64,000 nucleotides of DNA from Nanobdellota archaeon (GTDB lineage Archaea; Nanobdellota; Nanobdellia; Woesearchaeales; GW2011-AR4): assembly GCA_038046385.1 (NCBI GenBank), contig JBBSWH010000011.1, positions 1-64,000 on the forward strand, given 5' to 3'. The notes under the pieces were generated by a model, which was given only the letters and a program-made list of their open reading frames with translations, did no database searches and had not been told where the DNA came from. Within the stretch, counting starts at the first letter, position 1. The number at the start of each line of letters is the position of its first letter. Position numbers and translations under genes: made by a program. Below are positions 56,850 to 64,000 of this stretch, one piece after another.

Positions 56850-58958
56850 TTATCCGTGGCCTCCTTTTTTAGACCCTCCTTTTTTAGCTATTTGGTATTT
56901 GGCATGCTCTAAAACTCCGCCCGGGCCAAGAGGATCAGTAATAAATGGCCCCCCATAATGTCTTATTCCATAATCCCAACCAGGCTCTCTTTTAAGGGCA
57001 TTTCTGGCTTTTTCAAAGCTGAAATTATTTCTCATAGTAAAATCTATCAAAAATTTTGCAAGCCCTCTTGTAGATATATGTGGGAACGGATTTTCAGACC
57101 ATTTATTTATTCCATCGGTAGTTTCATAGTAAAGCATCCTCCCCCAGTGTATATAATCGTGATTTACCGCAGCCCTGTCAAAAGCTGGATTAAGGTGTGT
57201 TGGGGTCCTAATTTCGTCTCTTAAAGTTTTCTCTTCTGTTTCCATGTCATATTTTCTAGAAATTTTTTGCTCGTCTTCCGGGGTTATTTTGGAAGGATTT
57301 CCACACCCAACTATTTTTCCATCATAAACTGTTCCAATTTTCTTTTTTGCATTTTCATCTTCCCAATTATCGAAATCCGCTTCTGTGTAGTAAATTGGCC
57401 TGAACATTATTCTGGTTTTAAGGTCTTTTGTATCAATTTTATCAAATGCATCCATAGATTGAGTTGAGTTTATTCTAAACAAGCCTGCAATGATATAATC
57501 CATGCTGGATTTTGAGTGCGGATGAAAGCGCCCGTCCCTAAAATCATCCCTGTAAGCGTCTGTCTCGTTCGATATGAAACTTATCTTATCGAGAGGCTCG
57601 ACATCCCCTATACCACCATCATGCACCCATTCATCAGGAACTTTTCTTATGTATTTTTTTAAGTATTTCTCCCCATATTTTCCTTTAACATTAATTCCTT
57701 TAGTGACCTTGTTATTCCAAACTTCTTCTCCCCCATCCTTTTCTTTTACTATTCTTATCATTCTTTCTTGCCATTTGTTCCTGCTTATCTCTGCCCACCA
57801 CCTATCTGTCAATACATACCACCCGCCATTATACTCAAAAACTTCCAGCGGCCAGTTGTTTTCATCTTTTCCGGCCTCAATTTCATCATCTCTTTTGAAG
57901 TCAGAATATTCATCCTTGAAATAAACTGCTTTCTGAATTTTTTTGCCATCTGGCCCATCAACTTTTTTTATTATATGGGGTTTTATTATTTTATAAGTAT
58001 GCGCAAACCTGATAAACATTTCTTTTGGCTTAAACTCATCGGCTAATCCTTTGCCAGCTTCTCCCTTTAATATTTCTATAATCGTGGATATAGTATCCAA
58101 TTTTTCTCCGTGGTTTAATTCTATTTCTTTAATTTCCTTAAAACTTTCCCTAAGAGTGGTCAATAATTGGGTTACAGGAGTTCTAATATTTGCCCCCATT
58201 CCAGAAGAAGAAGCGAAGTGGTCTGCTCTCGCCAATATAATTTCAAATTGAGTGGATACCTTCTCCATTTTAGAAGCACCAATTGCAACAATACTTTGCG
58301 GCCTGCCGTCTGTGAATGGAACAACTACGGGATTTGTATCAATATGCGGCAAAAATCCCAATGATCCTACTAGACTTTCCTTTTCTTCCAGAATTTTTTG
58401 GGCAATTTCTAAGTTAGCTATGTCCGGATCATCTTTTTTCAAAGACCCTTCTCTTGCAATTTTTCCTTCTATTCTGTTCTTTGTTTGTTCTGCTTCTCTT
58501 ATAATCTCTAAAATCTCCTCTTCAGTCATTGCAGATTTTTTGGTAATCTCAATAGTTCCGGTTTCTTTAAAAATGCTGGCCTCTAGTTTTGCAGCTTTAC
58601 CCTCTTTGAAGTATTCTATTAACCTATATCTGTCAGTGAAAACATGATCGCCTGGTTTCTCTTTATATTCAAATCCTTCAGCTCCAAATAGCTTTTCTTC
58701 TATTTCAGTCCAATTGGCTTCAATTTCCTGCAAAACTTCTATTTTTTTGTCATTTTTTGTAAATAAATACTTATAGTTCTCCAAAAGGGGATTAATTTGA
58801 TCTGTACTTTCTTTTGTGATATCTACCATTACCCCTTCTCTTTTTCCAAATGTACTAGCCCAAATATCGTTAAGCCTGTTATGGAACCATTGATTTATTC
58901 TCTTGCCAATGGCTTGGGTTAATGTTCCTGCTTTGGTTTCTTTTGGTGGGTCTGTCAT
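56850..58958 (-). CDS. Large soluble hypothetical protein (NPAFDR domain)
   Basis: 702-aa ORF; C-terminal motifs shared with 60825-63446. Confidence 0.8.
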   Translation of the reverse strand: MTDPPKETKAGTLTQAIGKRINQWFHNRLNDIWASTFGKREGVMVDITKESTDQINPLLENYKYLFTKNDKKIEVLQEIEANWTEIEEKLFGAEGFEYKEKPGDHVFTDRYRLIEYFKEGKAAKLEASIFKETGTIEITKKSAMTEEEILEIIREAEQTKNRIEGKIAREGSLKKDDPDIANLEIAQKILEEKESLVGSLGFLPHIDTNPVVVPFTDGRPQSIVAIGASKMEKVSTQFEIILARADHFASSSGMGANIRTPVTQLLTTLRESFKEIKEIELNHGEKLDTISTIIEILKGEAGKGLADEFKPKEMFIRFAHTYKIIKPHIIKKVDGPDGKKIQKAVYFKDEYSDFKRDDEIEAGKDENNWPLEVFEYNGGWYVLTDRWWAEISRNKWQERMIRIVKEKDGGEEVWNNKVTKGINVKGKYGEKYLKKYIRKVPDEWVHDGGIGDVEPLDKISFISNETDAYRDDFRDGRFHPHSKSSMDYIIAGLFRINSTQSMDAFDKIDTKDLKTRIMFRPIYYTEADFDNWEDENAKKKIGTVYDGKIVGCGNPSKITPEDEQKISRKYDMETEEKTLRDEIRTPTHLNPAFDRAAVNHDYIHWGRMLYYETTDGINKWSENPFPHISTRGLAKFLIDFTMRNNFSFEKARNALKREPGWDYGIRHYGGPFITDPLGPGGVLEHAKYQIAKKGGSKKGGHG

Positions 58959-58966
58959 ATTCTTAC

Positions 58967-60841
58967 CTATGCTGCTCTGTCAATTAAATTATTATTCATC
59001 CCTAATCTTTTCGGCTGTAGACTTATAATCTGGGATGAAGTTTTCCCATCATCTTTGTTTGGTTGGCCATTGCCAAGAGAAGCAAATTGGTTGGGTTTCT
59101 GCGTTAAAAATACGCCAATTTGGTCAATATAATCCTTTTTCTTTGATTCAATCTGTGCAAGACACCTTGTCGTTTCCGGCATAATAACCTCGCATATGTA
59201 GGAAAGCTCATGGAGTATTCTAAGCCCGGCAATATACTTTGCTTCTATTCTCTTTTTTACTTTTACTCCTCTCTCAGCCAGTTCGAGCGATACATAGCTT
59301 CCAAAACCGCTCCTTGTTATCGCCGCCGTGCTTGAATTATCCAGTATGCTGCCATCTGTTTTGGCAGCTCCAGAAGTTTTTGCTATGAACCCTTGCCAAT
59401 CTCCCAGCCTTTTGGCAATTTCAGCCCCGGCTCTACGTTCCTTTAAGTCTTGCGTAACCTCGTCCAATAGATTTAATTTTGCCACAAGATCCGGGATTGT
59501 CAAAACCACATTTTCGGTTAAATTTTGAAATTCCATTCTTTCATTTTCTAATTTTTTAATGAGCTGTTTTTTCTTTCTGTTCAATATTCTTAAAAATAAT
59601 TCTTTGGCTTTTGTAGAAGAATCACCCTCTAGCATTAATTTTTTCAAATCAGCAAGTGCAGTAATCTTTTGCTGCTCAAGTTGCTTTATCCGCTGTTCAA
59701 AAATTTTTATAATAGTCTGCGCAGCAGGTTGCACTACTATTTCATAAGCGCGTCTTGTCAATTGCTGGTCAAGGTTCTCCAATTCATTTTCCCAGTCAAC
59801 AGGAGCCTCGTGCTTTTTTTGTTCAAAGGCCTCCAAAACTCTTGCAAATTGCTCATTTCCAAACCTTTCCCTGACCATCCTTATGTAATTCTTGCCTTTC
59901 TTCAGGTTGTTGTAAAATTCATAGAATCCTTCCCAATTCCCTTGCGTTTCCACAGAGCGCTTGATGGCGTCTCTTGCCATTGTGAAAAATTGTATTTCTT
60001 GCATGTAAGTCAAGAGCCTTTTTATTTCCGGAGTTTTTTTCATTTCACTGACGAGATTTTCATCTTTAAAATACATGCTGAATCCTAAAAAAGAGTTTCT
60101 ATCATACCTTGATCTGCCACCATTTATGAACAAAAACCCCCTTTCTATGAAAAGTTGGATACCATAAGACATTATGTATGGCCAGCTTCTTATATCGTTG
60201 GTGCACCTGTTTAATTCTTCAACTTCTCTGTCGCTCAAGGAAACTATGGCCATTCTTAATATGTCTGCAGTTGCCTTATCGTGGATTCTGTCAACTTGCT
60301 TCATCAGTTCATCATAATGGGTTTTTACATAAGCAATAACTAGTCGAGGATTTTCCAATAATTTTGCCATTGGCTGCAAAACAGTTCCTAAATCAGTTTT
60401 CCCTCTTTGTGAAAACCCTAACGACCTCATCTCTTCTGCCAACTGACTGTCTAACTGGCTTATTTGATTTATTCTTGGATTTATTTCTGAAGCAAATTTA
60501 TCATTGTCTTTCACCAAAAGATTATATGCGCTTAATCCAAGCCTTAATGCTATCCATTTTTTATTATATCTCTCTGTCAGTCCTATTCTTTTTCCGCTTG
60601 CCGCTATACTTAATGCGTTTTCTCCAGTTTCTTTATTGGCAAGAACCGATTCCCATCTTAATATTATGTCCCATCTATTGCTTATTTGCCAAAATTTGGC
60701 AAGAAACTGACTGTAACTTGCATCAAACTCTGCGAAAATGTCTCTTTCGACTTCACTCTTGGTACTTTTTCCTGCAAATATCATAGGAATCCATCCAAAA
60801 ACCCTTCTTTTGTTTTCTGTCATTTTATTTGCTATGCTCAT
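58967..60841 (-). CDS. Large helical/coiled-coil hypothetical protein
   Basis: 624-aa ORF overlapping the upstream gene. Confidence 0.8.
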   Translation of the reverse strand: MSIANKMTENKRRVFGWIPMIFAGKSTKSEVERDIFAEFDASYSQFLAKFWQISNRWDIILRWESVLANKETGENALSIAASGKRIGLTERYNKKWIALRLGLSAYNLLVKDNDKFASEINPRINQISQLDSQLAEEMRSLGFSQRGKTDLGTVLQPMAKLLENPRLVIAYVKTHYDELMKQVDRIHDKATADILRMAIVSLSDREVEELNRCTNDIRSWPYIMSYGIQLFIERGFLFINGGRSRYDRNSFLGFSMYFKDENLVSEMKKTPEIKRLLTYMQEIQFFTMARDAIKRSVETQGNWEGFYEFYNNLKKGKNYIRMVRERFGNEQFARVLEAFEQKKHEAPVDWENELENLDQQLTRRAYEIVVQPAAQTIIKIFEQRIKQLEQQKITALADLKKLMLEGDSSTKAKELFLRILNRKKKQLIKKLENERMEFQNLTENVVLTIPDLVAKLNLLDEVTQDLKERRAGAEIAKRLGDWQGFIAKTSGAAKTDGSILDNSSTAAITRSGFGSYVSLELAERGVKVKKRIEAKYIAGLRILHELSYICEVIMPETTRCLAQIESKKKDYIDQIGVFLTQKPNQFASLGNGQPNKDDGKTSSQIISLQPKRLGMNNNLIDRAA

Positions 60842-63446
60842 CTTTTCCTTGCTGAAGTTTTATGCCTTCATTTAGTGTACCCATTATTTCAGCTGTATCT
60901 CCCTGGGTGCCCCTATCGTATAACCCTATTTCCAGATATTTTATTACATCCTGCATATCTTCAAAATTTCTGATGGACAGTGCTGGGATATACATGCTCA
61001 TGCCTGCTGTAGAAACAGCTGGAAGCGTATCCCATTTTTTCTTATTATTCCCTACAGCTTCCCACTTGTCGTCATAATTTTTTCTTCCGGCATATTTTAA
61101 TATTCCAGTGTTAACCAATGCTCTCCTGTCAAATGCCGGGTTCTCTGTTGATTTTAAACCTGGAGTGAATTTTATTAATTTTTCATGTTCTTTATCAAGA
61201 ACAAATTTGCCTTCATAGCTGAATTTTGGCATAAATTCTTCCCTTCCCAAAAGGTTTGGATTGTCTTTTTTAGTTTCAAGCGCTTTTATATAATCACTTG
61301 CAAATTTACTGCTGTTCCTAAACCAGCCAAACCTCATGTTTCTGATAAACCCTATCCAATCATGATTTATGTACTCCATCATGCTGTGAGGAGACTCCAG
61401 CAAATGCACTTTACCGGCAATAATCTCATCAGGATGCACTCTTCTTGGCCTTTTTCCTTCATATATATCCTCTAAAACCTCAAAATATTGATTAACTTCT
61501 AGCTTGTGCCCTTTCACTATACTTCCATCTGATAATCTGGTTCCAGGATCTACGAACTTATATTCATGCGCTGTAGCTCCATAAGGATTGCATTGATCTA
61601 ATATTAGATATCTCCATGCCTTCAATACCATATGGTTGCCATAGGCTTTAGCCCTATCGTTAAGAAGTGTATTGGAATTCTTAAGAATCTCTTTTGCCTT
61701 AGCTAATTTACTATTCTGGCGCTGTATCTCCTGTATAAAATTTTCATATTCTTTAGTTCCTGGCCTTATGGACCCTTTGATAATACCAACCATATATTTT
61801 TGAATTAATATTGCAGAGTTATTCAGCTCATCACAAAATTTTTCAGTTGCCCTGAACAAACCAACCTCTTCATTTTTCCCACTTTCACTATTGTATATTA
61901 TTCCGCCATTTCTGCAAGAATAAATCTCATCTTCCAGTTTGTCAACATCCATATATATTGAACCAATCATTGGCTCCAAAGTTTCGCATACGTGCAAAGC
62001 CTGTTCGACTTGACCTTTCTTTACATTCCAGATGTAAAATCTTTTTAAGTAATTACTTAAGGAGAAAAAAATAATTAAATTTTCTCTAAATAAATCAGGC
62101 AGTCTATCTAAAGCTACTCTTTCTTTTGGCCATGCTTTTTTATTTATACCCGTTCTTGATTGTACCTCTCCTAATTTTTTTCTGAACATTTCCCATAAAA
62201 GTACTGAATATCTATCCTTTAGGTCCTTAAATTTCCATTTCCTCTCAGCCCTGTTAACAGCCCAAACCCCTCCTCCCAGCAATAATAAAAGTATCATCAG
62301 GCTTAGTATCAGGAACCATTTCCATCCTATGTCAAAGAATATTGATAGGATGATCCCTATCCCAAGAACAATAAGTCCCCAGTTGCCTATTTTATCTCCT
62401 GTTTCCCCGCCGAATTTTTTTGCAGCAAGCAGTCCTGCTATAGCGATAAGTATGAGCCACCAGTAGCTGAACATTGTTTTTGTAATTCCTTTGCTTTCCG
62501 GCCCGGTTATGCCTATTTTGCTGGCTCCTCCTCCTGCAGGGGCACAATCAATAGGGGTTATTGTGCAAAACACAGATCCAAGAGCTCCTCTGTATTCTGG
62601 AGCATCTGCCGTGACTGCTGCAGCGGCCCATCCTACAAGTATTATTGCAATAATCCATGCAGTCCATTTGCTTGCATCACCCACTGTGCTTTTTAACGCA
62701 TCTGCAAACAACATAACAAAGAAAACTTCAGCAACCTGAATAACTGCGCCAAGCGATGCACCTTCCCTTGCCATGCTTACAGCAAATACAAATGCCAAAG
62801 CATAGCTTACTTTGTCCATACCTCCGGTAGCACCTTTTAGGAGGTATCCTCTAAAGAAGAATGAGAATAAAACAAAGCTCGATATGAATACCCATATCCT
62901 GCCGTCTTTTGTGGTCAATATCCCATTCGATCCAAACAAGAAAGCAATAAAATCCTGAACCATTCCTTGGCTCCACACCCATTGATTTCCTATTTTTACG
63001 GCAATTATCAGAGCGATTATAGCCAACAATATTCCATACCCGGTTTTTCCCTGAGGCGAGCCCAGTTTATCATTTACCTTCAGCAACCCCAATACAAAAT
63101 ACAGCACAACTCCAATCACAAACGCATTAACTAAAACAACATACCAGACATAAGTTGCAAAGAACGTTCCAATTGCTCCAGTTTTCCAAATCAAGCCTTC
63201 TCTTCCGTTGAACCACGCAACCAGCAATGCAACTAAAACTATTATCATCCAGATTGATCCTTTTTCTTTGTCATTCTTGTCTGGAACAAGTATAGCCTGC
63301 AGGATAAACATTACAGCTCCGATAACTAAAGCGTTTATTATCAAATAGTACCAGGATGACATGCCAGTTGCAGCTGTCTGCGCAAATGCTAAAGGCACCA
63401 TTAGCAAAGCCATTACAAGAATCCAAAATAGTTTATTCTTGCTCAT
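60825..63446 (-). CDS. Large polytopic membrane protein with C-terminal soluble NPAFDR domain
   Basis: Signal peptide, about 11-12 TM segments in the first ~400 aa, then a soluble domain. Confidence 0.8.
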   Translation of the reverse strand: MSKNKLFWILVMALLMVPLAFAQTAATGMSSWYYLIINALVIGAVMFILQAILVPDKNDKEKGSIWMIIVLVALLVAWFNGREGLIWKTGAIGTFFATYVWYVVLVNAFVIGVVLYFVLGLLKVNDKLGSPQGKTGYGILLAIIALIIAVKIGNQWVWSQGMVQDFIAFLFGSNGILTTKDGRIWVFISSFVLFSFFFRGYLLKGATGGMDKVSYALAFVFAVSMAREGASLGAVIQVAEVFFVMLFADALKSTVGDASKWTAWIIAIILVGWAAAAVTADAPEYRGALGSVFCTITPIDCAPAGGGASKIGITGPESKGITKTMFSYWWLILIAIAGLLAAKKFGGETGDKIGNWGLIVLGIGIILSIFFDIGWKWFLILSLMILLLLLGGGVWAVNRAERKWKFKDLKDRYSVLLWEMFRKKLGEVQSRTGINKKAWPKERVALDRLPDLFRENLIIFFSLSNYLKRFYIWNVKKGQVEQALHVCETLEPMIGSIYMDVDKLEDEIYSCRNGGIIYNSESGKNEEVGLFRATEKFCDELNNSAILIQKYMVGIIKGSIRPGTKEYENFIQEIQRQNSKLAKAKEILKNSNTLLNDRAKAYGNHMVLKAWRYLILDQCNPYGATAHEYKFVDPGTRLSDGSIVKGHKLEVNQYFEVLEDIYEGKRPRRVHPDEIIAGKVHLLESPHSMMEYINHDWIGFIRNMRFGWFRNSSKFASDYIKALETKKDNPNLLGREEFMPKFSYEGKFVLDKEHEKLIKFTPGLKSTENPAFDRRALVNTGILKYAGRKNYDDKWEAVGNNKKKWDTLPAVSTAGMSMYIPALSIRNFEDMQDVIKYLEIGLYDRGTQGDTAEIMGTLNEGIKLQQGKDEHSK

Positions 63447-64000
63447 AGTAATTTAGCGACCTCATCAAGCATTTTATCATCAATCTCATCAAACTCATAT
63501 CCAAGAGAAGTCAGTTTAATCCACAAGCGAAGCACATTATCAGTAAAGCAGAATTTGTTTCCGTTCTTGTAAATAATATCAGTCTGTATCAGCCTTTCAA
63601 TAACGCTTTTTGTAACAGGCGCGCTTCTGTAGATCTTCTTTGCAATGTCAGTTAATCTTAATTCATCGTTTGCAACAACCTTTAGGATTGTTTTAAGAAG
63701 CGTTTGACCACGAGCCCTGTTATAATAATAGTTAAGCGAGTCATTGCAGTAATTGTAAAGTGGATTGTTCTTCTGCAGAAGTTCTATCAAAAATGCCTTT
63801 CTAGAATTCTTTATTTCTCTAAACCTTTGAGAAACAGCAATCATCGCATAATAATTACCATTGCATAAATTGAATATTTCTTCGCTTGATCCGGCATCTA
63901 TCTTGCCGGCATTCTCTTCGATAAGCAAAATAGATTCCTCTTTTTCAAGATTTTTCATCTCGTAGCATTCGAACTGCTTAAGTGAATGAAGAGACTCTTT
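63443..64000 (-). CDS. C-terminal part of a probable archaeal ATPase-domain protein with wHTH (5'-truncated)
   Basis: LCNGNYY, LRLTDIAKKIYRS...IERLIQTDII, FTDNVLRLWI; frame open to the window edge. Confidence 0.6.
   Translation of the reverse strand, partial: KESLHSLKQFECYEMKNLEKEESILLIEENAGKIDAGSSEEIFNLCNGNYYAMIAVSQRFREIKNSRKAFLIELLQKNNPLYNYCNDSLNYYYNRARGQTLLKTILKVVANDELRLTDIAKKIYRSAPVTKSVIERLIQTDIIYKNGNKFCFTDNVLRLWIKLTSLGYEFDEIDDKMLDEVAKLL

Noticed and set aside
256-62739. Numerous 60-190-aa antisense or overlapping ORFs in the track
   Set aside because: They are shadows of well-supported genes on the other strand or frame, with no motifs or RBS.

Overview
Gene-dense, AT-rich archaeal chromosome segment. 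Markers are archaeal (fibrillarin/Nop5, Rpo11, archaeal SecDF, PAC2, GAN-like DHH). The content fits a DPANN lineage, most likely Woesearchaeota (inference from gene style, no database search). Housekeeping genes include a bacterial-type AspRS fused to a YbaK-like domain, gatCAB, pyrG (apparent CTG start), pyrH, mre11, secDF, uppS and a complete proCAB pathway. The most unusual elements are: (1) at 44.8-47.2 kb, a helically phased array of 11-bp repeats in front of two coiled-coil/winged-helix genes, which converge on a XerA recombinase whose upstream region carries a dif/loxP-like site; this is a candidate undescribed chromosome segregation/terminus module, followed by a ~1-kb ORF-free, palindrome-rich region; (2) at 30-39 kb, an extracytoplasmic Cys/His-rich redox/metal island with two CcdA-like proteins, a CuA-type cupredoxin, proteins sharing an identical C-terminal PSSLDNLPGMVGGC tail and a repeated upstream DNA motif; (3) a three-gene cassette bracketed by direct repeats copied from the 5' end of proC, whose products share an N-terminal motif; (4) an operon of three large unknown proteins, two of which share an unrecognised conserved domain. 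No rRNA, tRNA or CRISPR array was recognised.
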